This document shows positions 10,080 through 19,015 of a stretch of DNA of 64,000 bases, piece by piece. Position 1 is the stretch's first letter. Every line of letters starts with the position of its first letter. Made by a program: the position numbers and the translations under genes. The stretch is from NCBI GenBank assembly GCA_014804355.1, contig JAAUZY010000006.1, positions 25,267-89,266 on the forward strand. The letters run 5' to 3'. A model generated the notes under the pieces. The model was not told where the DNA came from. It searched no databases and saw nothing but the letters and a program-made list of their open reading frames with translations. The DNA is from Lachnospiraceae bacterium. GTDB lineage: Bacteria; Bacillota; Clostridia; Lachnospirales; Lachnospiraceae.

Positions 10080-11312
10080 ATGACAGATCAGGAATGGGAA
10101 GAGTTATATAGAAAAACAGAGAGAAGAATAAAAAAGGCATTTAAAATAATATTGGGCATTATTGTTACGGTTATTATCATAATAGCCCTGTTCTGGATGG
10201 GTTTTGTCTACAGAACAGAGTATAAAGCAACAACAATTACCACATCGATTTCACCGGATGGAACGCATGAGCTGGTTTTGCAGGCTGTCGGAGAAGCGGC
10301 ATGGCCTTTTGGTCCAGCGAACGGACGGCTAATTCTTTTGGAAAATCAACAAAAGGTGTCAAAGAGAGATTTTACGATACGTGATGATGGTAAAAGCATA
10401 CGGGATGATTCATGGGTAGTTACATGGCATGAAGATTATGTGGAAGTTATTTTGTCCGGGGAAGAACAGTTTGATGAGCAAATTTTGTTGTACTATGATG
10501 GTAGAAAGGAAACAAATCTTTTAACGAATACCGCGGAGGGAGCCAGGGATGAGAAACAGGAAATCAATACGGAGTCAGATATACAGGAAAATTTGGAAAC
10601 GACATTTCAAATATTTGGAGAATTGAATTCCGAAGAAGTGGATTCGGAAGAATTATCACAACTTTATGCCAAATACGCAGAAGTGCTGAAACAGATTATG
10701 CAAGAACATACAGATCCAAATGGCAGAGCATATAATGTTGATGAGCGTTGGGGATTTGAGAATAATGCATTTGCAATATTGGATGTGGACGGAGACGGTA
10801 GAGAGGAATTAATCTTTAATTTTAATACGGGCAATCTGGGAAGTATGTGCGAGGTAATTTATGACTATGATGCGGCAAAAGACACACTGCGGGAAGAACT
10901 GGCTGAATGGGTGGATACCACTTATTATAGTAACGGATTTATCAAAGTATCGGACTCCCATAATCATGGGAAAGATCCTGAGGTAAGAGGGATATGGCCC
11001 TATACTTTATATTTGTATGATGTAAATACAGACAGCTATCAATTGCAATACTATGTAACATCATGGGACAGACAGATTAACAGTGAGAATTTTCCTAGTG
11101 AACTGGATACAGATGGCGACGGAGTCTTGTATTATATTTTGGAAGACGGCAAGACAACAGAGGATGCCGATGTACAGCCGATGGTTCGACAGGAGTATGA
11201 TAATTGGGTGAAGGAGACGCTTCCAGAGGGGTGCGTGATGGTTGTTACTTATTATCCTATGACGGAAGAATCTATTTGGGAGCATTTGGAGAGCAACATA
11301 TCTTTTGATTAA
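10080..11312 (+). CDS. Hypothetical membrane-anchored acidic protein
   Basis: SD GGAGG; N-terminal TM helix; DVDGDGREE and DTDGDG Ca-binding-like motifs. Confidence 0.7.
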   Translation: MTDQEWEELYRKTERRIKKAFKIILGIIVTVIIIIALFWMGFVYRTEYKATTITTSISPDGTHELVLQAVGEAAWPFGPANGRLILLENQQKVSKRDFTIRDDGKSIRDDSWVVTWHEDYVEVILSGEEQFDEQILLYYDGRKETNLLTNTAEGARDEKQEINTESDIQENLETTFQIFGELNSEEVDSEELSQLYAKYAEVLKQIMQEHTDPNGRAYNVDERWGFENNAFAILDVDGDGREELIFNFNTGNLGSMCEVIYDYDAAKDTLREELAEWVDTTYYSNGFIKVSDSHNHGKDPEVRGIWPYTLYLYDVNTDSYQLQYYVTSWDRQINSENFPSELDTDGDGVLYYILEDGKTTEDADVQPMVRQEYDNWVKETLPEGCVMVVTYYPMTEESIWEHLESNISFD

Positions 11313-11330
11313 TTTTTAAAGGAGTATGGC

Positions 11331-12617
11331 ATGGAGTATAACGCAGAACTTTTATTCAAAATAAGTGAGAATAACAAGGAATTTCCACCCTACGAATTAT
11401 TATCTGATTACAATGTATTTGACATATTGGAAATCAATGCGAAGGAAGTTATCATGTGTCGTTTTTTAGCAGATTTATTAAATCCTGAAGGACAACATGG
11501 ATGCGGAATATTGTTTTTAAAATCTTTTATGCGGGATATCTTAAAAGAATATTCTATGAGCGATGTATTGCTTGCACATACGGATGTTATGAAAGAGTTT
11601 GTGATAGATAATGAACGACGCATTGACATTGTAATTCAAAACTCTCGTTTTTTTATTCCCATTGAAGTTAAAATCTATGCAGACGAACAGGAAGGGCAAT
11701 GCTATGACTATTATCAATATGCCCAAAATGCCCGTATAGTTTATCTGACAAGGTTTGGGAATGTTCCTTCTGAATATAGCCGAAAAAAGAAGGATAGGAC
11801 AGATGTTTTGCCTCTTGACTGTGTACAATGTATTTCATGGTCAGATGATATATGCGGCTGGTTGAAAAAACTGACTGTACAGTTAGATGAACCTATAAAA
11901 TCAACGGTTATGCAGTATATTGATGCAATTCATGTGGTGACAGATGAAAGGAATAAAAAAATTATGGAGAAAAATCTGAAGTTATTATATGAATCGCCTG
12001 ATTATTTTCGTGCGGGAATAGAAATTGAAAGGGCTATTAAAACGGCAAAGGTAAATCTCATGCGGCTTATGTTTGATGATTTCAAGGAGGAGATGGAAAA
12101 AATAGCACCGAAATATGGATTGGAGATTGAGAAAAAATACAATTATTATACATATGAAGAGAAATGCAATGAGAAATTTTATGACGGAAGCTCAACGACT
12201 TTTCCGGGATTAAACTACATAGTGAAAAAAGCAGATTTTCATCCTAAAAATATTCAAATGTGGTTTCGCATAGAAGTGGAATACAATCTTGTTGCAGGAA
12301 TTACTTTATTTGATTCAAAAGCAGAGACAAAAGATGGAATTTCAAAAGGCTGTGAAGTGGACGAGATAACAGAGCAAATGTTAGAACAGGCTGCAAAATA
12401 TATCAACAGAGATGTTATTACTCCTGTGAACTGGTGGGTTACATGGTGTTACCCAAATGGAAAGCGTCGGGAAGGTTATTATGATGATGTGCCGGATTTC
12501 AAGAATATGAATTCCTGTGCAATCCATCTTGTTGATAAACAAAACAGAAAGAAATTTGTGAAAAATGCTGTAGAAAATTTTGAAGAATATATTTTAAAGT
12601 ATCTGATAAACACTTAA
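11331..12617 (+). CDS. PD-(D/E)XK nuclease family protein (PDDEXK_4-like)
   Basis: FLADLLNPEGQHGCG, RRIDIVI...IPIEVKI, IVYLT, ISW motifs; SD AAGGAG; AT-rich. Confidence 0.75.
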   Translation: MEYNAELLFKISENNKEFPPYELLSDYNVFDILEINAKEVIMCRFLADLLNPEGQHGCGILFLKSFMRDILKEYSMSDVLLAHTDVMKEFVIDNERRIDIVIQNSRFFIPIEVKIYADEQEGQCYDYYQYAQNARIVYLTRFGNVPSEYSRKKKDRTDVLPLDCVQCISWSDDICGWLKKLTVQLDEPIKSTVMQYIDAIHVVTDERNKKIMEKNLKLLYESPDYFRAGIEIERAIKTAKVNLMRLMFDDFKEEMEKIAPKYGLEIEKKYNYYTYEEKCNEKFYDGSSTTFPGLNYIVKKADFHPKNIQMWFRIEVEYNLVAGITLFDSKAETKDGISKGCEVDEITEQMLEQAAKYINRDVITPVNWWVTWCYPNGKRREGYYDDVPDFKNMNSCAIHLVDKQNRKKFVKNAVENFEEYILKYLINT

Positions 12618-13020
12618 TATTCATAATTGTAATGTGGGAGGAATGATGAAATTTTATAAATTTTTTAAGTGCTTATTCCTAATTATCGTTGTGGGAACTA
12701 CATTGTTACTGGAATTAGCACCAAAGTATTTATTGCAGCAGAATATAGAATTTACTGATAAGCTGGTAATCTTGAAAATAATAATGACTTGGTTTATAAC
12801 ACCATTTGTTTTGATTATGTATTATAATAATACAATGATTAGTAAACTGAAAGATAATTCGGGGATGATTGCGGCAGTGAGTTTGGGCAATGGGATTATT
12901 TTGTTTGTATTGGTTTGCTGTTTTATAGTGAGAATTGGAGTTTTTGTGCTTTTTCAGGACAGAATAGAAACACCGTTAAATAACGGACAGGTTGTGGTTG
13001 AGCAGGGGGATTTAATATTT

Positions 13021-13512
13021 ATGAATATTAGTATAGAACCTATAGTAATTGAACAAAAATCTGTTTTTGTTCAAATGATGGAATTATATAATTATGATTT
13101 TTCTGTTTTTTCTGATGATGATATAAATGAATATGGCTATTTTGGATATTCGCGTATTGACGATTATTGGAATGAAGAAGGTAGATATCCTTTCTTTATC
13201 AGAGTGAATGGAAAACTTGCAGGGTTAGTTTTAATAAGGTCTTGCTGCGAACATAATAATTTATCAAACCCACACAATATTGCTGAATTTTTTGTGATGA
13301 AAAAATATAGAAGAAAAGGAGTTGGTAAGGCAGTTGCCATAAAGATTTTTGATATGTTCCCGGGTGGATGGGAAATATCTCAGTGGACTAACAATTTGCC
13401 GGCCCAGAACTTTTGGAATAAGGTTGTTGCAGAGTATACAAGTGGAAAATATAATACGTTTATTGCAAAAGAAAAAAATGAAGTGGGATTTACATTTGAT
13501 AATTCACTTTAG
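13021..13512 (+). CDS. GNAT family N-acetyltransferase (in frame with an upstream membrane-protein segment from 12634)
   Basis: AEFFVMKKYRRKGVG (motif A), NLPAQNFW. Own ATG at 13021 preceded by GGGGGA. Confidence 0.75.
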   Translation: MNISIEPIVIEQKSVFVQMMELYNYDFSVFSDDDINEYGYFGYSRIDDYWNEEGRYPFFIRVNGKLAGLVLIRSCCEHNNLSNPHNIAEFFVMKKYRRKGVGKAVAIKIFDMFPGGWEISQWTNNLPAQNFWNKVVAEYTSGKYNTFIAKEKNEVGFTFDNSL

Positions 13513-13690
13513 CAATATGAGGGATATGGACGAAACCGATTAATGATATTCTCGTTGCAGGGACGGATATACAGAGAGGTAAAGGCTGGGTTGATAAAAG
13601 AATATACATCGAAAAAAAGATTATATTCCGAAAACTAAATAATTATCAAATATTTTTGGAATATAATCCCAAAAATATTTGATAATTATA
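13512..13690 (+). pseudogene. Internally deleted remnant of a grpB-like gene plus its 3' flank
   Basis: 13512-13557 resembles 15142-15187, and 13558-13690 resembles 15453-15590, with the intervening ~265 nt missing. Confidence 0.75.
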
Positions 13691-13726
13691 TAAAAAAGGA
13701 ATATACTATGCACAGGAGGACTGTGT

Positions 13727-14935
13727 ATGGACAGAATAGAAAGAAAAGAATATTTAAACAAATTGATAGCGTTGAAAGATAAGCAACTGATTAAGGTTAT
13801 TACCGGAGTCAGACGATGCGGCAAATCTACTATAATGGAAATCTTTCAAGATTATTTGAAGCGCGAGGGTATCCCCGATAACCGGATTTTAGCTGTTAAT
13901 CTGGAAGATTATGATTTCTATGAATTGCGTGACCCGCAAAAGCTTTATCGTTTTATAAAAGAACATATGGTTCAAGGGCAAAAATTATATGTGTTTTTAG
14001 ATGAAATTCAGAATGTAAAAGATTTTCCGGATGTTGTGAACAGCCTATTTATTAAGAAAGATATTGATTTGTATTTAACCGGTTCCAATGCCTATATGCT
14101 TTCCAGTGAAATTGCAACTTTTATATCCGGTCGATATGTTGAAATTAAGATGTTGCCGCTGTCCTTTAAAGAGTATGTGGATGCCACAGGTGGCAGAAAC
14201 CGCTTAGAGGAATCTTACAGACGGTATATAGAATTAAGTTCTCTGCCCTATGCGTTAGATTTGAAAGCTAGCCCGAGAGAATTGAATGATTATTTAAATG
14301 GAGTATATAGTACGATTGTATTAAAAGATGTCACGGCAAGAAAGAAGATCAGTGATCCGATGATGTTGGAGAGTGTTGTCCGATTTACCTTTGACAATAT
14401 AGGGAACTATCTTTCTACCAAGAAGATAGCTGATGCGATGACATCCGACGGCAGGAAGATTGACACAAAGACGGTTGAAAAATATATTGCTGCCTTGCTG
14501 GAAAGTTATGTCCTATATCAAGCAAGGAGATATGACATAAAAGGAAAGCAGTATCTGAAAACGCTGGAAAAATATTATGTCGTGGATATTGGATTAAGAA
14601 GAGTCCTGCTTGGTTCGAAAGCCATAGACGTAGGGCATATATTGGAAAATATAGTTTATCTCGAACTGCTTCGGCGAGGATATAATGTATATGTTGGGAA
14701 ATTAAATGATTTGGAAATCGATTTTGTTGCAAGCAATGAGCGGGGGCTCGTTTATTTTCAGGTGGCGGCGACTGTCCGCAATGAGGAAGTGCTTCACCGG
14801 GAATTGGCACCGTTGCAGCAGCTTTCGGATAATTATCCGAAATATATTTTGACGTTGGACAATGACCCGGAGGCAGATTACGAGGGGATACGAAGAATTA
14901 ACGCGTTAGAATGGCTGTTTGGAGAAAATTATTAA
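13727..14935 (+). CDS. AAA-family ATP-binding protein (AAA_14 plus DUF4143-type C-terminus)
   Basis: GVRRCGKS Walker A, VFLDEIQ Walker B, LTGSN, KYYVVDIG, ENIVYLEL, EIDFV. Confidence 0.85.
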   Translation: MDRIERKEYLNKLIALKDKQLIKVITGVRRCGKSTIMEIFQDYLKREGIPDNRILAVNLEDYDFYELRDPQKLYRFIKEHMVQGQKLYVFLDEIQNVKDFPDVVNSLFIKKDIDLYLTGSNAYMLSSEIATFISGRYVEIKMLPLSFKEYVDATGGRNRLEESYRRYIELSSLPYALDLKASPRELNDYLNGVYSTIVLKDVTARKKISDPMMLESVVRFTFDNIGNYLSTKKIADAMTSDGRKIDTKTVEKYIAALLESYVLYQARRYDIKGKQYLKTLEKYYVVDIGLRRVLLGSKAIDVGHILENIVYLELLRRGYNVYVGKLNDLEIDFVASNERGLVYFQVAATVRNEEVLHRELAPLQQLSDNYPKYILTLDNDPEADYEGIRRINALEWLFGENY

Positions 14936-14970
14936 AGAGAAAGCCATGTGCCGGAAGGAGACCTAACTGT

Positions 14971-15537
14971 ATGGGTAAAAAATTATCAGAGATGAGCCTT
15001 GAAGAGTTGTGGCAGTTGTTTCCGATTATACTAACTGAGCATAAGCCATATTGGAGTGAATGGTATGCAGAGGAAGCAGCCATGCTGAAAGAAATTCTTC
15101 CGGTCAGCCAAGTGGTTCGTATCAGTCATATCGGGAGTACGGCAATAGAAGGGATATGGGCGAAACCGATCATTGATATTCTTGTTGAAATAACAGAGGA
15201 CAGCGATTTTCAGACTTTAAAAAAAATTTTGGTTAAAGCAGGATATTTGTGTATGTCGGAAAATGACCGGCGTTTGTCTTTTAATAAAGGATACACGGAA
15301 GATGGTTTTGCAGAGCGGGTTTTTCATCTGCACTTGCGCAGGTCGGGCGATAACGATGAACTGTATTTCCGCGATTATTTGATCGCACATCCTGATGCCG
15401 CGAAAGAATATGAAAAACTGAAGCTTAGTTTGTGGAAACCATATGAGCATGATAGGGACGGATATACCGAAGCAAAGGCTGAGTTGGTAAAAGAATATAC
15501 ATCGAAAGCAAAAGATGATATTCCCAAAACTAAATGA
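14971..15537 (+). CDS. GrpB family (UPF0157) nucleotidyltransferase-like protein
   Basis: HIGSTAIEGIWAKPIIDI, HLHLR, FRDYL, YTEAK; SD GAAGGAG. Confidence 0.85.
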   Translation: MGKKLSEMSLEELWQLFPIILTEHKPYWSEWYAEEAAMLKEILPVSQVVRISHIGSTAIEGIWAKPIIDILVEITEDSDFQTLKKILVKAGYLCMSENDRRLSFNKGYTEDGFAERVFHLHLRRSGDNDELYFRDYLIAHPDAAKEYEKLKLSLWKPYEHDRDGYTEAKAELVKEYTSKAKDDIPKTK

Positions 15538-15658
15538 TTTAATAAAGTTTTGGGAATATAATACAAAAACTATTTGAATAAATCAGTGTTATATGGCAGA
15601 TAAATTTAGGTTAATGTCCAATGAAAGAAAGACAATAACATAATGTTTTATGGCAGCG

Positions 15659-15685
15659 GCCGTCACTATTTTCGGTAGTGGCGGC
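15659..15685 (+). repeat. 27-nt terminator-like hairpin repeat, copy 2
   Basis: GCCGTCACTATTTTCGGTAGTGGCGGC; 24/27 identical to 6774-6800. Confidence 0.75.
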
Positions 15686-15737
15686 TGTTTTGGTGTCATT
15701 TTATTTCTGTTAATTCTTCATTGGCAACACAAAAAGG

Positions 15738-15805
15738 TTGACAAGCGTATACCTTAAGTATATCATAAGCACATAGAGGTAAACGGATGTATACCATAAT
15801 ATACC
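15738..15805 (+). promoter_or_regulatory. blaI-2 promoter with two near-palindromic operator boxes
   Basis: TTGACA-17-TATCAT; GTATACCTTAAGTATATC (15747-15764) and GTATACCATAATATACC (15789-15805). Confidence 0.65.
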
Positions 15806-15826
15806 AGGAAGGGAAGGATATTACAT

Positions 15827-16198
15827 ATGGTCAGCTTATCGGACGGAGAATGGAAGATCATGAATCGTCTCTGGGAGAGCGAGGGAAGTACTATCACGGA
15901 ACTCACGGCGGCATTGCAGGAGGAGACGGGCTGGGATAAACACATTATTATCACGATGCTTAATCGCATGGAGAAAAAAGAGGCGATTGCGCATCGCAAG
16001 GAAGGACGGGCGAAAGTGTTTTATCCGATCGTGCCACGGGGGGAAGTGTCCATGCAGGAGACACGCGGCTTTTTACAGAAAGTATACAGGGGCAGCCTCG
16101 GCATGATGGTCAATGCCATGGTGGAAGATCAAGCCCTGTCGAGGGACGAGATACAAGAGTTGTATGATATTCTGGAGCAGGCAAAACGAAGGAATTAA
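15827..16198 (+). CDS. BlaI/MecI/CopY family transcriptional repressor
   Basis: LSDGEWKIMNRLW, TMLNRMEKK winged helix, KVYRGSLGMMV. Confidence 0.9.
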   Translation: MVSLSDGEWKIMNRLWESEGSTITELTAALQEETGWDKHIIITMLNRMEKKEAIAHRKEGRAKVFYPIVPRGEVSMQETRGFLQKVYRGSLGMMVNAMVEDQALSRDEIQELYDILEQAKRRN

Positions 16199-16262
16199 GG
16201 AGTGCGTTAATAGACAGGTCTGCATAAGCCATTGCAAATGGCAGGAAGGGTATGAATAGAAA

Positions 16263-18833
16263 ATGAAAGAGATCATCATAACATCTTCGGTTTTGATACT
16301 TTGTATTATGCTGATACGGGTCATTTTTCGGGGAAAGATCAGCAGCAGATTGCAGTATGCGCTGTGGTTTCTGGTAGCGCTCCGATTGATTGTTCCGTCA
16401 TCGGCACAGATTCATATGGCGATCGGTTCCATAGAGGAATTCCGCATTATGGATCTGGTGGAGGCATTGGAAGAGAGATTCGGTGACGTGACGGAGCAGT
16501 TGGAGCAGCCGGCGCGTTTTACCATGTCGCTTAACAGTCCGTTTGCCGGACAGATGGCGGAGTTTATGCTGGGAGAAGATACGGATATCCCTTCCTATGC
16601 GGCAGACGGTCCCACAAGTGTTTTCTTAGCGGGAAGGATCGGAGCCAGTTGGTTGGATATTCTGCGCGGGATATGGGGTGGCGGTATGGTTACCGTTGCT
16701 TTATGGATGATTATCACGAATATTATTTTTTCCCGCAGGCTGCATAGGGACCGTAAAGAGTTCGTGCTTCCCGACGAGTTGGAGGACATATGCCGCGGGA
16801 AGTCATCGGGCGGAACGGGTCATGGACGTGCCGCAAAAACAGGGAAAATCAAGTTTTATACAACAGACTATCTGACTTCTTCGTGTCTGTACGGATTGCC
16901 GGGGCGGGAAGCTATCTATCTGACACCGGATATTACAGAGGATCAGAACAAACTCCGGCATGTGGTGACTCATGAGATGTGTCATAGAAAGCACGGGGAT
17001 AGTTTCTGGGCTATTCTCCGCAGCATATTGCTGGCTGTTTATTGGATGAATCCGCTCGTGTGGGTGGCAGCGGTGCTATCCAAACGGGATTGTGAGCTTG
17101 CCTGTGATGAAGCGGCTCTTCTGATTCTGGGAGAGGATGAGCGGATTCCTTACGGGGAGACACTGCTGTCTATTATTAACGGTAAAAATAAGCTGGCAGA
17201 TATTGCATGTACGGCGACAACGATGAAAGGGAGCGGTAAGAGCGTGAAGGAGCGGATCAGATTTATTGCCGAGAAGCCTAGAGTTCTGGGAGCGGCTGTA
17301 GTGGCGGTGCTTGCCCTGATCATGATTATATCGGTGGCAGCATTTACGAAGCAGCCTTTGTTTGCCGGACACACATGGGAGGGAGAAATTACTCTCGTTG
17401 CGGGGGATATGCAGATCAGCCTGCCGGAGACGATCGCCGGGATCAGCAGTTATGACACGAATGAGGAGGGCACTGATTTGATTATTTATCAGGCCGCATC
17501 CGGCAAAGAGGCAGGCAGGTTCCGAGAGCTTTCTTACGAGGAGGCTGTTGCATTGCTGGACAGCGGCAGCAGGATCGTTCCAACGGGAAATTACGGTTTG
17601 AATCCTTACCTGAAATCATATGGTTTTTCGAGGCATTCCTATACGACCGAGGGATCGACAACGCATGATTACGAACCGGCGGACGGTGTACCGGGCACGG
17701 ATATCAATGACGATACGACCTATGTGATAGATGATGACGGCAGCAGCACAGCGACTCCTGCAGAAGAATCAAGGGATTACTTGCCGAGCGAACAGATCAC
17801 AGCCGAGGAATCAAGAGATTATCTGCCAAATGAACAGATCATAACAACCGAGAATTTGGAGCATGTAACGATGCACCAGTATACGCCGGCAGGGGAACAG
17901 ACATATGGCGCACTGGAACATGAATATACACCGGCGGAAGGGCAGACATATGGCATACTGGGACATGAGGATATTTTTTATCCGGATGAGCCGGATTCTG
18001 TGGATGGCGTACCGGGCACGGATATCAATGACGATACGACCTATGTGATAGATGATGACGGCAGCAGTACAGCGATTCCCGCAGAAGAATCGAGAGATTA
18101 CCTGCCCAATGAACAGATCACAACAGAAGGCTCAAGTGACTATCTTCCCAATGAGCAGATCGTAACGGTGAGCGGGACTGCCGGGGGTTTCCCACAGAAA
18201 TGCTACGTCTATGTGAAGGCGGATTATTCCGGCGTAAAAGAGAAGTATCTAAGTGAAATGGAATATATCAACACTGAGTTAGAGACGGCGGCAGAGCAAG
18301 GGATCGTGGTCAGCGTCGGTCAGAGATTTCGCACTGAGATATGTGCAGCATTGGCTAAAAACAGAACAGAGTATCTGGGGGATGCGTCTAAAACTGGCGC
18401 TCTTGTAAATGCTTTGCCGCAGACAGACGGGTTAACCTATAAGGACATTACACTTCATACGCTGGAAACAGAGCCGGAAACTGCTTTATCTCTTGATATT
18501 CGGTATGAGTTTCCATCAGAAAATGAAAATACGTATATGTCGGATACGGATGCGGACCTTCTGTTTTTTAATGCGGCTATGCTTTTTGCAACGATTAAGA
18601 ATCTGGATGAATGCAATTTTATTCTGGAGCGGTATGAATCGGGTACAATATCCGGAGAAAAAGATTCCGAAGAGGCTGTGAAGCCGGCATCCACGGGAAG
18701 ACTGTCCTATAGCAGAACAGAGTTAGAGGAGGCAGTGGGGACATTATGGTCGGATGAAGCGGCGGACAGTGATGAAAGCTATGCCCGGTGGCTGGACGAT
18801 TTATATTCCCGCATTGTCGATTATCTGTCATAA
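16263..18833 (+). CDS. M56 family metallopeptidase (BlaR1-like) with repeat-containing acidic extracellular region and DUF4825-like C-terminal domain
   Basis: YALWFLVALRL, THEMCHRKHGD (HExxH), YWMNPLVW, DCELACDE; C-terminal RTEYLGDASKTGALVNALP. Confidence 0.88.
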   Translation: MKEIIITSSVLILCIMLIRVIFRGKISSRLQYALWFLVALRLIVPSSAQIHMAIGSIEEFRIMDLVEALEERFGDVTEQLEQPARFTMSLNSPFAGQMAEFMLGEDTDIPSYAADGPTSVFLAGRIGASWLDILRGIWGGGMVTVALWMIITNIIFSRRLHRDRKEFVLPDELEDICRGKSSGGTGHGRAAKTGKIKFYTTDYLTSSCLYGLPGREAIYLTPDITEDQNKLRHVVTHEMCHRKHGDSFWAILRSILLAVYWMNPLVWVAAVLSKRDCELACDEAALLILGEDERIPYGETLLSIINGKNKLADIACTATTMKGSGKSVKERIRFIAEKPRVLGAAVVAVLALIMIISVAAFTKQPLFAGHTWEGEITLVAGDMQISLPETIAGISSYDTNEEGTDLIIYQAASGKEAGRFRELSYEEAVALLDSGSRIVPTGNYGLNPYLKSYGFSRHSYTTEGSTTHDYEPADGVPGTDINDDTTYVIDDDGSSTATPAEESRDYLPSEQITAEESRDYLPNEQIITTENLEHVTMHQYTPAGEQTYGALEHEYTPAEGQTYGILGHEDIFYPDEPDSVDGVPGTDINDDTTYVIDDDGSSTAIPAEESRDYLPNEQITTEGSSDYLPNEQIVTVSGTAGGFPQKCYVYVKADYSGVKEKYLSEMEYINTELETAAEQGIVVSVGQRFRTEICAALAKNRTEYLGDASKTGALVNALPQTDGLTYKDITLHTLETEPETALSLDIRYEFPSENENTYMSDTDADLLFFNAAMLFATIKNLDECNFILERYESGTISGEKDSEEAVKPASTGRLSYSRTELEEAVGTLWSDEAADSDESYARWLDDLYSRIVDYLS
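17681..18150 (+). repeat. Intragenic tandem repeats in the M56 protein
   Basis: 59-nt perfect direct repeat at 17688-17746 and 18009-18067 (321 nt apart, in frame). E(E/G)S(R/S)DYLP(S/N)EQI occurs four times and H(Q/E)YTPA(G/E)(E/G)QTYG twice. Confidence 0.9.
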
Positions 18834-18853
18834 TAAGGGTCTTCGGCATATTT

Positions 18854-18875
18854 CGAGTTTGCAAAGCAAGACTCG
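18854..18875. repeat. Dispersed mini-hairpin, copy 1
   Basis: CGAGTTTGCAAAGCAAGACTCG; 19/22 identical to 36432-36453. Confidence 0.55.
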
Positions 18876-18961
18876 TAACCCCGCGAAAATCACATTTTTT
18901 CATAAAAAATTAAGATTTATGAAACTTTTTCTTAACTTGTGGTCTCTAATATAAAAAGGGA

Positions 18962-18986
18962 AGTGTACTAGATACAATAGTACACA
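18962..18986. promoter_or_regulatory. YtrA (GntR)-like palindromic operator
   Basis: AGTGTA-N13-TACACA; perfect 8-bp inverted repeat GTGTACTA/TAGTACAC, 30 nt upstream of the amidase start. Confidence 0.55.
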
Positions 18987-19015
18987 CGGTTGATACACAA
19001 AAGAGGGGAAGACGA

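Noticed and set aside
12084-12095. AAGGAGG followed by an in-frame ATG inside the PDDEXK_4-like gene
   Set aside because: Only 2 nt separate SD and ATG, too close for initiation; explained by Lys-Glu-Glu-Met codons.
17681-18150. Direct repeats considered as a CRISPR array or DGR template/variable pair
   Set aside because: In-frame coding repeats without unique spacers. Differences between copies are not restricted to adenines, and no cas or reverse transcriptase gene is present.
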